A stretch of DNA of 64,000 nt from Oceanispirochaeta sp. GTDB taxonomy: Bacteria; Spirochaetota; Spirochaetia; DSM-2461. The notes beneath the pieces were generated by a model. It saw only the letters and a list, made by a program, of their open reading frames with translations. It was not told the DNA's origin and made no database searches. The stretch is taken from assembly GCA_963666275.2 (NCBI GenBank), contig CAXXOA010000001.1, forward strand, positions 1,024,001-1,088,000, read 5' to 3'. The translations under genes and the position numbers were made by a program. Shown here piece by piece: positions 39,487-50,240 of this stretch; positions within the stretch are counted from its first letter, which is position 1; each line of letters starts with the position of its first letter.

Positions 39487-40710
39487 ATGAATTTCAGGGA
39501 GTATTTACAGAAAAAGGCCGGGATTCCGCAAAAGCAGATTCCTTTTTTTGAGCATTGGATAACACGGTACAACAACTATCAGAATCAGTTTCCTGATTCT
39601 TTCAGTCTGTCCGGATTTGAGAAGACCCTTCTCAGGGACTGTCAGGACTGGCAGATCAATCAGGCTGTCAGTGCGGTAAAGCATTATGAATATTTTATCC
39701 ATCACTATCAGCAGGGGAGTTCCGGTCAAGCGGAGGGGCAATCCGACTGGGAAACAGCTATCACCAGGATGAAAGAGATGCTGCGGCTCAGGCACCGTTC
39801 TTTTCAAACGGAAAAAGCCTATCTGCATTGGGTAGACTCGTTTAAAGATTTTACTGGTAATAAATCTCCCGATGAGCTGGATGAGAAGGATTTTAGATCT
39901 TTTTTAACTTATCTGGCGGTGGAGCGGAAGGTTTCCATGTCTACTCAGAATCAGGCGTTTAATGGAATCCTTTTTCTTTACAGGTCTGTACTGGACAGGG
40001 AGGTTCAAGACCTTCAGGATTCTGTACGGTCAAAAATACCCGCCAGACTGCCTGTGGTTCTCTCCAAAGAGGAAATTTCCCGGATCCTTTCGGTATTGAA
40101 TCCTCCCTATAGGCTTATGGCTTCCCTTATTTATGGATCCGGACTTCGACTGGACGAGTGCCTTTCATTGAGAATCAAAGATCTGGATTTTTATAAACCC
40201 TCCCTCACTGTCCGGATGGGGAAGGGAGGGCGGGACAGGACGACTCTTCTGCCTTCGGGGTTAATCCCCCCCCTGCAGAAGCATCTGGAGGATGTTAAAA
40301 TACTTTACGACAGGGACAGACGGGAGAAAAATCCGGGAGTTTCCCTGCCCGAAGCGCTGGCAGGAAAGTATCCCCATGCTCCGGAAGAGTGGAACTGGTT
40401 CTGGCTGTTTCCCTCTTCCGGGTTCTGTGAAAGTCCCTACGATCAGAAACAGGTTCGCTTCCATCAGCATCCTACAGGACTGCAAAGGGCTTTTAAAAAT
40501 GCCGTTTCCCGTGGGGGAATCACAAAAAAAGCCAGCGTTCATACCCTGCGGCACAGTTTTGCTACCCATCTGCTGGAAGCGGGGTACGACATCCGGACCA
40601 TTCAGGAACTGATGGGCCACTCTTCTGTGCAGACCACCATGATCTATACCCATGTGGCGGGTAAAAACAGAATGGGAGTTGTCAGCCCCGCCGATTCTCT
40701 GTTTCTCTGA
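39487..40710 (+). CDS. intI: Integron integrase with N-terminal extension
   Basis: YGSGLR, HTLRHSFATHLL, ELMGHS..TTMIYTHV; integron-specific insert LPEALAGKYP..EWNWFWLFPS. Confidence 0.95.
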   Translation: MNFREYLQKKAGIPQKQIPFFEHWITRYNNYQNQFPDSFSLSGFEKTLLRDCQDWQINQAVSAVKHYEYFIHHYQQGSSGQAEGQSDWETAITRMKEMLRLRHRSFQTEKAYLHWVDSFKDFTGNKSPDELDEKDFRSFLTYLAVERKVSMSTQNQAFNGILFLYRSVLDREVQDLQDSVRSKIPARLPVVLSKEEISRILSVLNPPYRLMASLIYGSGLRLDECLSLRIKDLDFYKPSLTVRMGKGGRDRTTLLPSGLIPPLQKHLEDVKILYDRDRREKNPGVSLPEALAGKYPHAPEEWNWFWLFPSSGFCESPYDQKQVRFHQHPTGLQRAFKNAVSRGGITKKASVHTLRHSFATHLLEAGYDIRTIQELMGHSSVQTTMIYTHVAGKNRMGVVSPADSLFL

Positions 40711-40713
40711 TTT

Positions 40714-41697
40714 CTACACTTCCGGATGAAAGCACGCGGCGTTATGTTTCTCCGACAGTTCCCTCATGGCGGGCATCTTCCCGCACTCTTCTGTGCGTTT
40801 GGGGCAGCGGTGGTAGAAGGGGCAGCCCTCCAGGGGCTTTGTGGAGTCAAAGGGTTCGAACCCCTTCAGGTTCAGCTCCCTGTCCATCCGGGAGGGAATG
40901 CTGTCGTAAAGGAGCCTGGTATAGGGGTGGAAGCGCTTTTCCACCAAATCCTCGGCGGGGGCTTCCTCCATAAGGCGGCCCCGGTACATCACGCCGATGC
41001 GGTCGCAGAAATAGGTGGTCACAGTCAGGTCGTGGGCAATGAAAAGCATGGTCAGATTGAACTTGTCCTTCAGTTCCAGCAGCAGGTTCAGGATCTGGCT
41101 CTGAATGGACACATCCAGGGCCGACACAACCTCGTCGCAGATCAGAAGCTCCGGCCGCATCATCAGGGCTCTTGCTATGGAGATCCTCTGGCGCTGACCG
41201 CCGGAAAAGTCCGAGGGCCGTCTGTCCAGATCCTCCGGGTTGAGACCGACGGTCTTCATCATTTCGGCGGTTTCCTCCCTAGCCTGTTTCTCTCCGGGCC
41301 AGCCGGGAGACTGTCTGTAGCCGGCTGTGAGGATCTTGTAGATCGTCATCCGGGGGTTCAGGGACCTGGCGGGGTCCTGAAACACGTATTTTACCTTTGT
41401 TCTGTAGTCAAAGAGCTCTTTTCTGTCCAGTTTGACAATATTCAGGGGCACTTCGCTTTTCCCTTCCGGGTGGAACAGGATATCTCCCTGGTCCTGCTGA
41501 TACATCTGTACGGCCAGACGGGCCAAGGTGGTTTTGCCGCATCCCGACTCTCCCACAAGGCCGTAGGTTTCGCCCCGGTGGAGCCGGATAGATACATCGT
41601 TGACCGCATAGACAAAGCGGCCGTACCGGGCAAAAAGTCCTGCTTCCAGGGGAAAGCGTTTTTCCAGGTTGTTCATTTCCAGAAGTAGTTTACCCAT
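40714..41697 (-). CDS. Oligopeptide ABC transporter ATP-binding subunit (OppF/DppF-like)
   Basis: GESGCGKT, FSGGQRQR, C-terminal Cys cluster. Confidence 0.9.
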   Translation of the reverse strand: MGKLLLEMNNLEKRFPLEAGLFARYGRFVYAVNDVSIRLHRGETYGLVGESGCGKTTLARLAVQMYQQDQGDILFHPEGKSEVPLNIVKLDRKELFDYRTKVKYVFQDPARSLNPRMTIYKILTAGYRQSPGWPGEKQAREETAEMMKTVGLNPEDLDRRPSDFSGGQRQRISIARALMMRPELLICDEVVSALDVSIQSQILNLLLELKDKFNLTMLFIAHDLTVTTYFCDRIGVMYRGRLMEEAPAEDLVEKRFHPYTRLLYDSIPSRMDRELNLKGFEPFDSTKPLEGCPFYHRCPKRTEECGKMPAMRELSEKHNAACFHPEV

Positions 41698-41698
41698 C

Positions 41699-42670
41699 TC
41701 AGATCTCCTCCAGTGTATCCAGAATGCAGCGGCTGCTGCGTTCGTCCACAAGGCGGACATCGGGTATTTTCTTTACGCACACTTCCTGTTTATAGGGGCA
41801 GCGGGGCGCAAAGGGGCAGCCCGGTTCGGGGTGGATCGGATTGGGAACATTCCCCGGTATGGTCACAAGGCGGTCCCGGCTGTAGTGGGTGCCGAAGGCG
41901 GGCATCGCATGGAGCAGGCCCCGGCTGTAGGGATGGACCGGGTTCCGGTAGAGTGTCTTTGCCTCTCCCTCTTCCATCACCAGGCCGCCGTACATCACAA
42001 GGATCCTGTCGGCCACCCGGCTCACAAGATCCAGATCGTGGCTTATAAAAATGATTCCCATGCCCCGGGAGGCTTTGAGTTTCAAAAGGAGCTCTATGAT
42101 CTGGGCCTGAATGGTCACATCCAGGGCCGTGGTGGGTTCATCTGCAATCAGAAGGTCCGGATCCGACGCCAGGGCCAGGGCTATCATCATCCTCTGGAGC
42201 TGGCCGCCCGAAAACTGATGGGGGTAGTTGCCCATCCTGTCCTCGGGCTGGGGAATCTGAACCTCCCGCATCAGATCCAGGGTCCGCTCCCGGAGCTGTT
42301 GGTCTGTCTCTTCGGGATGCCGCAGCTTCAGGGTCTCCCGGAATGTCTTTTCCATGTTGTACAGGGGGTCGAAGGACCGGCCGGGTTCCTGAAAGATCAT
42401 GGCGATCCGGCTGCCCCGGAAGGGGGGCAGATCCTTTTTGCCCAGCTTCATCACATCCTGATCCTGAAAGAGGATATCCCCGGAAATCTGAGTGTATCCC
42501 GGCAGAAGGCGCATCAGGGCCTGGGCGGTGACGGATTTGCCCGAACCGCTCTCTCCTACGATGCCCAGAACTTCTCCTTTGGTCATGGTAAAGCTCACGC
42601 CCCTGACCGCCTGGAGGGCTCCCCGGCGCAGTGGGAAGGTGACTTTCAGGTTTCTCACATCCAGCATCAT
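41699..42670 (-). CDS. Oligopeptide ABC transporter ATP-binding subunit (OppD/DppD-like)
   Basis: [24 protein letters not shown]. Confidence 0.92.
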   Translation of the reverse strand: MMLDVRNLKVTFPLRRGALQAVRGVSFTMTKGEVLGIVGESGSGKSVTAQALMRLLPGYTQISGDILFQDQDVMKLGKKDLPPFRGSRIAMIFQEPGRSFDPLYNMEKTFRETLKLRHPEETDQQLRERTLDLMREVQIPQPEDRMGNYPHQFSGGQLQRMMIALALASDPDLLIADEPTTALDVTIQAQIIELLLKLKASRGMGIIFISHDLDLVSRVADRILVMYGGLVMEEGEAKTLYRNPVHPYSRGLLHAMPAFGTHYSRDRLVTIPGNVPNPIHPEPGCPFAPRCPYKQEVCVKKIPDVRLVDERSSRCILDTLEEI

Positions 42671-43734
42671 CTGAGGCCTCCCTTGTCGTTATGCCAGGGA
42701 TCCATAAAGTCCCGGAGCAGGTCTCCGATAAAGTTGAAAGCCAGGGTGGTGATCAGCAGGAACAGACCGGGAATGAGGAACCAGGGAAAGGTCCGCAGAT
42801 TGCTCAACGTCGAGATTTCCCTGTTTATAAGACTTCCCCAGCTGACCGCAGGGTCCACAATCCCCAGGCCCAGATAGGAGAGCACGGTCTCTCCCAGAAT
42901 AAACCCGGGAATCCCCAGGGCGATGCTGACGATGATGATCGACGACATCTGGGGAATGATCTGCTTAAAGATGATCGCCAGGGTGGGGATTCCTTCCAGG
43001 ATCGCATTGGAGATAAAGTCCTCCCGTTTGATGCTGTGCACAAGCCCCCGGATCAGCCGGGCCGAGCCGGGCCATCCCACAAAGGAGAGGATCACCACAA
43101 TCACCATATAGGACTGGCCGCTGGTCATGCTCCTCGACAGGATCGACCGGAGAAAGAGGATCAGATAGAGCCCGGGGATCAGGATGAAGAACTCGCTGAA
43201 CCGCATAATCAGCCAGTCTACCTTGCCGCCGTAGAACCCCGCCAGGCCGCCGAAGGTGATCGCCAGGGTCATGGAAATGGCTATTCCTATAAACCCGATG
43301 GTCAGACTGATCCGGCTGCCGTAGAGGATCCGGGAGAACAGGTCCCGTCCCAGATTGTCCGATCCCATTAAAAAGACAGGATAGGCCCCGTCGGCCACGC
43401 CGAAAAGGTGCCGTTCCAGGGGAATGAAACCCCACATTTTATAGGGTTCTCCCTTTACAAAGAGTTTCACCCTGTGGTTCTGTCCCTTTAATCGGACATA
43501 CTGCCAGTTGATCTCGTTCACAACGGTCCGTTCCTGCACCTGCGGGCCGAACCCCAGATCGCTGCTGTACCAGCTGAGTCCCGGCGGATGATAGGAGTAC
43601 TGGGCCACCGATGTGTTGGGACTGTAGGGGGCGATAAACTCCGCAAAGAGCATCATCAGATAGAGCAGCACCAGTACGATAAAGGATACCAGGGCGACGG
43701 GTTTGTATGTGAGGGCTTTCAGAAACTGTTTCAT
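42667..43734 (-). CDS. ABC permease (OppC-like)
   Basis: GSDNLGRDLFSRILYG, LSYLGLG. Confidence 0.92.
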   Translation of the reverse strand: MKQFLKALTYKPVALVSFIVLVLLYLMMLFAEFIAPYSPNTSVAQYSYHPPGLSWYSSDLGFGPQVQERTVVNEINWQYVRLKGQNHRVKLFVKGEPYKMWGFIPLERHLFGVADGAYPVFLMGSDNLGRDLFSRILYGSRISLTIGFIGIAISMTLAITFGGLAGFYGGKVDWLIMRFSEFFILIPGLYLILFLRSILSRSMTSGQSYMVIVVILSFVGWPGSARLIRGLVHSIKREDFISNAILEGIPTLAIIFKQIIPQMSSIIIVSIALGIPGFILGETVLSYLGLGIVDPAVSWGSLINREISTLSNLRTFPWFLIPGLFLLITTLAFNFIGDLLRDFMDPWHNDKGGLR

Positions 43735-44807
43735 TTTTTTGAGTACCTTATCCGGGGATCAACCACAGCCAGCAGGATATCCGCCAGAACCATGCCCAGC
43801 AGAACCAGAAAAGAGATAAACATGATATTGGCCAGAACCAGATAGATGTCCTCCTGCAGGACCGCTTCGTACATGAGCCGTCCGATTCCGGGATAGGAGA
43901 AGATAATCTCCAGGATCAGGGACCCCGAAAACAGGCTGGCAAGGAGGTTGGCGCTGCTTGTGATATAGGGGTTCAGGGTGTTCCGGAAGGCATGGGCAAA
44001 GTAGATCCGCCCTTCCGAAATGCCCCGGGCCCTGAGGGCTGTAATATAGGGCTGGCCCAGCTGATCCAGCATGGTGGCCCGGATCATCCTCATGGTCCCG
44101 CCGATTCCTCCCAGGAAGGCGCCGATCAGAGGGAGGGCAATGTGGTGCATATAGCTGAACACAAATCCCGTGGGATCCTCCGCCATGGGAAATCCCGGAT
44201 AGGCTGTTACAGGAAAGAGACCGGAGACCGCTGCAAAGAGCTGCAGCAGAATCAGCAGGAGCAGGCCGGGGAAGGAGTGCAGAAACAGGGCGATAAAGGT
44301 GGCCGCCAGGTCTGTGCGGGTTCCCACTTTGCTCGAAAAATAGATGCCCAGAGCAAAGGAGATGAAGGTCAGCAGAAACAGGGATATCAGGTTCAGAATG
44401 ATCGAGTTGATCAGCCTTGTTTTGATAAGAAAGAGGATCGGCGCCCGGCTGATCATGGATCGTCCCAGATCCCGCTCCACAAAGACCTGATGGAGCCAGT
44501 GCATGTACTGGCTGTAAAAGGGTCTGTCCAGGCCCAGTTCGGCCTTTTTCGCGGCAATCTGCTCTTCCGAAAAGAGCTCCTGATCTCCCGATTCTCCCGA
44601 TCCGTCGGACATGGAGAGGAGCTGCTGCTTCACATAGTTGTCCACAATGTCTCCCGGGGCCAGTTCCATCAGGCCGAATACGGCAAACCCCAGGATAAAA
44701 AGGATCACGATCATAGAGAGAAACCGGCCCGTGATAAAGTGAGTCAGGGGATGGGAGTTCCGGAACCTGTAGGAGAGTCCTGTCAGAGCATGAAGCAGAT
44801 TTTTCAT
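43731..44807 (-). CDS. ABC permease (OppB-like)
   Basis: LGLDRP..QY, DLGRS, IFSYPGIG. Confidence 0.92.
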   Translation of the reverse strand: MKNLLHALTGLSYRFRNSHPLTHFITGRFLSMIVILFILGFAVFGLMELAPGDIVDNYVKQQLLSMSDGSGESGDQELFSEEQIAAKKAELGLDRPFYSQYMHWLHQVFVERDLGRSMISRAPILFLIKTRLINSIILNLISLFLLTFISFALGIYFSSKVGTRTDLAATFIALFLHSFPGLLLLILLQLFAAVSGLFPVTAYPGFPMAEDPTGFVFSYMHHIALPLIGAFLGGIGGTMRMIRATMLDQLGQPYITALRARGISEGRIYFAHAFRNTLNPYITSSANLLASLFSGSLILEIIFSYPGIGRLMYEAVLQEDIYLVLANIMFISFLVLLGMVLADILLAVVDPRIRYSKK

Positions 44808-44809
44808 CC

Positions 44810-46639
44810 CTACTCCTTCAGATAGAGGTACTGGGACTGAAGTCCTCCCAGGGTATCGTAATAGACATTTTCCCACTTGTCCCTCACAGCCAGGAAGCTG
44901 TTGGACTGGACCAGATAGATCAGGGGAAGCTGTTCCAGGATAATCTGCTGGTATTCGTCCCAGTAGGGACGGGCCTTCTCCCTGTCGGGGGTATAGGCCG
45001 CTTCGTTATAGAGATAGTCCATCCGGGCTTCCCAGTCGGTCACAGGGGATTCCTGCAGGGGATGCCAGATATGGAGATTGCCGTCGGACTGCCATACATT
45101 GGATCCCTGTATAGGAAAGTAGGGGAGTCCTCCGAAAGAGAGGAGCACCGCATGCCAGTCGTAGCTCTGGGTCAGCATGTCCACCATCTTCTGAAAGTCC
45201 AGGGGCTTCAGGTTGACCTTGATCCCCAGCTTGCTGCACTCGTCAATAAAAATATTGGCCGTATCGATCCTGGTATTGTTGTCCGAGTTGGTGATGATAT
45301 CAAACTCCACCGCATTGCCATCAGAGTCACGCAGAACCCCCTGGTCATCTTTGGTCATACCGATGGAATTCAGCAGTTCCAGAGCCTTCTCGGGGGAGTA
45401 GGTATAATCCAGCTTTATATCGGGGTTGTGAAACATATTGGCTTCCAGAAAGAAGTGGGAAAAAGGAGTGCCCAGGCCTCTCTGGATCTGTTTGATGATC
45501 CGGGGCCGGTTTACAAGGCAGCTCATGGCCTGACGGAACTCCTTCTGTATAAACCACTTCTGCATGTATTCGGGAAGGGCCTGGGGATTCTGGTTGAACG
45601 AGATAAACTCGGCATTGAAGGTGGCCCCGCCGTTATAGACCGTATAGTCCTTCTCTTCCTGATTGACCATCTCCTCCAGATCTTCAGCCCGCACATTGTA
45701 GGCGTCTTTTTCCCCGTTTTTAAAAAGAAGGAATTCCGTGTTCAGGTCGGGAACGATCTTGCTGATGCTCTTCTGTATATAGGGAATCTTATTCCCCGCC
45801 GCATCTTTGTCGTAGTAATTGGGATTTTCTTCATAGACAAGCCTCACACCGGGGGTGTACTCAACCAGGTACATGCTGCCGCCGCTGGGCAGATCCTTCA
45901 CATCCATATCTATGGTGAAGATCTCTTTGACTCCCTCGGGGCCTCCCTCTTTCAGGGCCGGTTCGAAAAGGAACCGGGGCCCGAACTCCATGTTGGATCT
46001 CAGAAGGGGGTCCGCCACTGTCCGGGGATAGTGGAACACAAAAGTCCGCTCATCAATTTTCTCAATATCGATATGTTCTACCGAGCCGTCTTCCATATCC
46101 ACAAACTGGCTGTTGTAGGCCCGTCTCTGCATATCCGGGTTTCCATCTATTTCGTTGTACCAGAAAACCACATCGTCCGAGGTGATCTTCACCCTCTCGT
46201 CCCTGTCGTAATAGGTCCAGTACAGATCGTCCCTGAGGGTAAAGAACACATCCATCCGTCCCTCATCCTCATAGACCCGGATATCATGGGTGGCGATTTC
46301 AGGTTCCCACTCTCTGGTATAGGGATCGTAATCGGAAAAACCCGCGGGAAAAAGGGGAGCGATGATGCCCGAAGAGGTTCCGTCATTCTCCGAGACGATC
46401 AGATTGAAGGTCTTCGGATCATTGGTCACAGAGGTATTCCATGTTCCTCCTGAAACGCCTATGGAAAAGGGGTCTTCTCCTCCGGGGCGGCTCACTGTTC
46501 TGGACAGGATATCTCCCCGGTTTTCCTCTTTCAGGGCCTGGGCTTCCTCCATGGTCAGTTCTTCTCCTCCGCCGCCGCAGCTCAGGAGCAGAACCAGAAG
46601 CAGGAGCTGGGAAAACAGGATAGTGAAATGTTTTTTCAT
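44810..46639 (-). CDS. ABC substrate-binding lipoprotein, family 5 (OppA-like)
   Basis: LLSC lipobox; DPKTFN; FRQAMS. Confidence 0.9.
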   Translation of the reverse strand: MKKHFTILFSQLLLLVLLLSCGGGGEELTMEEAQALKEENRGDILSRTVSRPGGEDPFSIGVSGGTWNTSVTNDPKTFNLIVSENDGTSSGIIAPLFPAGFSDYDPYTREWEPEIATHDIRVYEDEGRMDVFFTLRDDLYWTYYDRDERVKITSDDVVFWYNEIDGNPDMQRRAYNSQFVDMEDGSVEHIDIEKIDERTFVFHYPRTVADPLLRSNMEFGPRFLFEPALKEGGPEGVKEIFTIDMDVKDLPSGGSMYLVEYTPGVRLVYEENPNYYDKDAAGNKIPYIQKSISKIVPDLNTEFLLFKNGEKDAYNVRAEDLEEMVNQEEKDYTVYNGGATFNAEFISFNQNPQALPEYMQKWFIQKEFRQAMSCLVNRPRIIKQIQRGLGTPFSHFFLEANMFHNPDIKLDYTYSPEKALELLNSIGMTKDDQGVLRDSDGNAVEFDIITNSDNNTRIDTANIFIDECSKLGIKVNLKPLDFQKMVDMLTQSYDWHAVLLSFGGLPYFPIQGSNVWQSDGNLHIWHPLQESPVTDWEARMDYLYNEAAYTPDREKARPYWDEYQQIILEQLPLIYLVQSNSFLAVRDKWENVYYDTLGGLQSQYLYLKE

Positions 46640-46795
46640 GATGATTTACCTCTCAGAATGGGAGTCTTTCTATATTCTAGTGGATTTTTCTGTTTTTATC
46701 GGTGTTCCCGGGGCTTTTTTTTAGATTTTCAGAGTCTCCCCGGGGGATTCCTCTCTTCCGGGAGCGATTCTCCTCCGATTTATACCGGTCCTTCT

Positions 46796-48829
46796 TCAGC
46801 TGAGAATCTCCAGGGGAATCCGTATCCGGAATTCGCTTCCCCCCTCTTCGGTTTCCCTGTGCTGTATGTTTCCATTGAGCTTTTCCGTGACGGTCCTGTA
46901 TACCTGATGCAGACCCAGACCCACCCGGCCCCGGTTCCTTTTGGTGGTTGTAAAGGGTTCAAAGATTACCTTGACAATTTCTCCGGGGATCCCCGTACCG
47001 TTGTCCTGCAGACGGATCTCAGGCATCTGACTTTCCAGTCCCACGGTTATCCGTATAATTTTTTTCTGATCCTCTCTTCCGGAAAAGGCATGTTCCCGGG
47101 AGTTATTCAGGATCTGGGAGATCACCGAATAGATCATGTCCTTGTAGGAAATCACTTCCACCGGCTCAGTCTCCAGTACTATGTCAATTTTCTCTTCGGA
47201 AAACTTATGCGAGAATATCTCGACCACTTCGGCTATGTATCTATCCAGACTGAAACGCTGGGGTGAGCTGTTCCGGGAGGAAAGGGATATGGCTTTGAAG
47301 TTATTCACAAGGCCTGCCACGCGCTGGAGATTGCTGATGGTGAGATTCATTCCTTCCGTTATGATCTTTAGAGCCTCTTCCAGCTCTTCATAGCTCAGTT
47401 CCTCGGCTTCCATATGCTGCTGAACCGTTTCAATCCTGCTCCGGATATGGGATGAGCTTGTGATGCTGATTCCCAGGGGGGTATTGATTTCGTGGGCCAT
47501 CCCGGCCAGGAGGGATCCCAGTGCGGCCTGCCTTTCGTTGCGGACCAGTTCATCCTGGGCATTTTTCAGAGAGGCCGTCCTCTCCTCCACCCGTTTGTCC
47601 AGGGTATCCTTCTCTTGTTTCAATAGAATCTGGGTTTTATGGAGCTGACTGTTTCGGTTCTGCAGTATCACTATAAAGATCAGGAGCATGATGAAGACCA
47701 CGAACAGCGAGATAATCTGAAAGCGGTAGGTGTAGTAGAATGACTGGGGCTGGTTTGTCAGGATATAGCCCGGCGGCAGGATATTGTGGCTGATGGCGTG
47801 TTTTTTCAGGAGTTCATAGTCGAAAATATCCGTATGGGGACTCTCCCGGAGGATCGGAACCTCCCCGGGACCTCCCAGGCGGAAAACCTCAAGAGCCTTT
47901 TCCGCTGCCGACCGCCCCTGGTCGTAGCCGCTTAAAAGATGCCCCCCTATAATGCCGTATCCCAGGGAGAAGTCCCAGGTTCCGAAGACAGGCACATTTC
48001 CGGCGGCTTCTGTTATCCTTCTGGCACTTTCGTCGTATTCATAGTAATTCCCCAGGCTGTCCTGGGAGAAAATGGTATAGAGCACAACCCAGGAATCCTC
48101 CAGATTTTTCAGCTCCTCCTCCATTTCCTCCATGGAAACATCCTGAAGGATTCGGACGGTCTGAAAGTCCTCCTGCATAGGGGCTGTCAAATCCGCCATC
48201 TCTTTTGCCAGAATCTCACCCGTGGAAGTTTTATCTGTAATGAAAATGAGATTGGTTCTTAAAGGGAACAGCTTCCTGATAAGAGCCATGTTTTTTTTCA
48301 GATCCGCATGTTCATCGACGCCGGTCATGGAGGGCCCCTGCTTTATTAAAAGGGGATCCCGTCCGTTGATGCCGCAGAATACAGCGGGGGTGTCGGGAAA
48401 AAGGTCCTTTCCCCACTGTCTGAAGAAATCGAAGGCATCGTTATCGGATAGGAAAATCAGGTCGATTTTCTTTCTGCTGTATTTGATTTCAAGAAAATGG
48501 CTGTACCGGGAAAAGTAGTCGTTCCTGTCCAGACCCCGGGGGCCCAGGAATCTTTTGGTGTCCATATATTCAATCTGTACTGTCATCTCATCTCCCAGGG
48601 TATCGCTGATCCCCCGGGTAATTTCATCTGTCCATTTATACCCCTGATGGTAGGAGTGAAGCAGAAGCACCCTTCGTTCCGTCTCTTCCCCGGTCAGGGG
48701 AAAGAGGGAGAACAGGAAGCCTATGGACAGGAAAATTGTACAGGCTGTTTGTCGAAATTTTTGATTCACAGAATTACTATAAAATAAATATTCTTTTTTT
48801 TTAATGATTTTCTGATATTTTCCCAACAA
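46796..48829 (-). CDS. Sensor histidine kinase with periplasmic SBP-like domain
   Basis: AHEINTPLG H-box, DNGTG, GLGL. Confidence 0.9.
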   Translation of the reverse strand: MLGKYQKIIKKKEYLFYSNSVNQKFRQTACTIFLSIGFLFSLFPLTGEETERRVLLLHSYHQGYKWTDEITRGISDTLGDEMTVQIEYMDTKRFLGPRGLDRNDYFSRYSHFLEIKYSRKKIDLIFLSDNDAFDFFRQWGKDLFPDTPAVFCGINGRDPLLIKQGPSMTGVDEHADLKKNMALIRKLFPLRTNLIFITDKTSTGEILAKEMADLTAPMQEDFQTVRILQDVSMEEMEEELKNLEDSWVVLYTIFSQDSLGNYYEYDESARRITEAAGNVPVFGTWDFSLGYGIIGGHLLSGYDQGRSAAEKALEVFRLGGPGEVPILRESPHTDIFDYELLKKHAISHNILPPGYILTNQPQSFYYTYRFQIISLFVVFIMLLIFIVILQNRNSQLHKTQILLKQEKDTLDKRVEERTASLKNAQDELVRNERQAALGSLLAGMAHEINTPLGISITSSSHIRSRIETVQQHMEAEELSYEELEEALKIITEGMNLTISNLQRVAGLVNNFKAISLSSRNSSPQRFSLDRYIAEVVEIFSHKFSEEKIDIVLETEPVEVISYKDMIYSVISQILNNSREHAFSGREDQKKIIRITVGLESQMPEIRLQDNGTGIPGEIVKVIFEPFTTTKRNRGRVGLGLHQVYRTVTEKLNGNIQHRETEEGGSEFRIRIPLEILS

Positions 48830-48846
48830 TTCCCCTCAGGCGGGAG

Positions 48847-50184
48847 ATGTATGTTCCGGACATGAATATATCAATTATAGGAACGGGATATGTGGGACTG
48901 GTTCAGGGTGTCATTCTGGCTGATTTCGGCCTGGATGTAACCTGTATGGATATAGATCGGGAAAAAATCCGCCGTCTGAATAACGGGCAGGTCCCCCTGT
49001 ACGAGCCGGGACTGGCAGAACTGCTTCAGAAGAATCTTTCAGACGGGCGTCTTACATTCACCTGTGAAATGGAAGAGGCTGTCAAAAATGCCGAAGTGAT
49101 TTTTCTGGCCGTGGGGACACCACCGGCAGAAGACGGATCGGCTGATCTGCAGTATGTCCTCGGGGCTGCCCGGTCCATAGGCCGGTATCTGGAGGGGTAT
49201 AAGGTTATTGTCAATAAATCCACCGTCCCCGTTGGAACCGCCAGGCAGGTAAAAGAGACGATCCGGGGGGAACTGGAAAAGAGGGGAGTCGATTTTGCCT
49301 TCGATGTGGCCTCCAATCCTGAGTTTCTAAGAGAAGGCCGGGCTGTGAAAGACTGTCAGATCCCCGACAGGGTTGTGATCGGGACCGATTCGGAAAGGGC
49401 CAGGGAGCTTCTTAAAAAGGTCTACAATGTTCTGTATATCAATCAGACCCCTTTTATTTTTACAGAGATAGAAACCGCAGAGCTGACCAAATACGCGGCC
49501 AATGCCTTCCTGGCTGTAAAGATCTCCTTTATCAACGAGATGGCGCTTCTGGCGGAAAAAGCCGGGGCCAATGTCCAGGAGATCGCCCGGGCCATGGGGA
49601 TGGACGGAAGGATCAGTCCCAAATTCCTTCATGCAGGACCGGGCTTCGGGGGAAGCTGCTTTCCCAAAGACACAAGAGCCATCGCCGATATGGCCAGGAA
49701 AATGGGGGAACAGACCCTGGTAATCGAAGCGGCTATCGAGGCCAATGAAAAACAGAAAATCAGGATGGTTGAAAAAATTGAAACCGCCATGGGAGATCTG
49801 CAGGGAAAAAACATAGGCGTACTGGGTCTCTCGTTCAAACCCGATACGGATGATATGCGCGATGCCCCCTCCCTGGCTATTCTCAGAGGACTGGCATCCC
49901 GGAAAGCCCGGATCCAGGCCTACTGTCCCGAAGGAATCGACGAGGCCAAATGGCGTCTGGAAGACATCGAAGAGGCCGTCATGTACTGTCATGACAGCTA
50001 TGATGCTGTCAAACAGGCGGATGCGCTTATTATCATGACCGAATGGAATCAGTTCCGGGGGATCGATCTGAACAGAGTCAGAAAACTCATGGCAGGGAAC
50101 TCTCTTTTTGATCTGAGAAACATCTATGCCAAGGACCAGCAGGTCAGATCCCTCTTCCGGTATTATCCGGTCGGAAGAACCTGA
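48847..50184 (+). CDS. ugd: UDP-glucose 6-dehydrogenase
   Basis: GTGYVG, SNPEFLREG, GFGGSCFPKD. Confidence 0.93.
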   Translation: MYVPDMNISIIGTGYVGLVQGVILADFGLDVTCMDIDREKIRRLNNGQVPLYEPGLAELLQKNLSDGRLTFTCEMEEAVKNAEVIFLAVGTPPAEDGSADLQYVLGAARSIGRYLEGYKVIVNKSTVPVGTARQVKETIRGELEKRGVDFAFDVASNPEFLREGRAVKDCQIPDRVVIGTDSERARELLKKVYNVLYINQTPFIFTEIETAELTKYAANAFLAVKISFINEMALLAEKAGANVQEIARAMGMDGRISPKFLHAGPGFGGSCFPKDTRAIADMARKMGEQTLVIEAAIEANEKQKIRMVEKIETAMGDLQGKNIGVLGLSFKPDTDDMRDAPSLAILRGLASRKARIQAYCPEGIDEAKWRLEDIEEAVMYCHDSYDAVKQADALIIMTEWNQFRGIDLNRVRKLMAGNSLFDLRNIYAKDQQVRSLFRYYPVGRT

Positions 50185-50240
50185 GTCCTCCCTGACCGGG
50201 CCAATCCGGCAGCCCCGGAGGACTGACGGATCGTCCCGAA

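Noticed and set aside
40726..46453. Long + strand ORFs (320, 402, 277, 463 aa)
   Set aside because: Antisense shadows of the opp operon; the same applies to 50391-51728 and 55015-56667.
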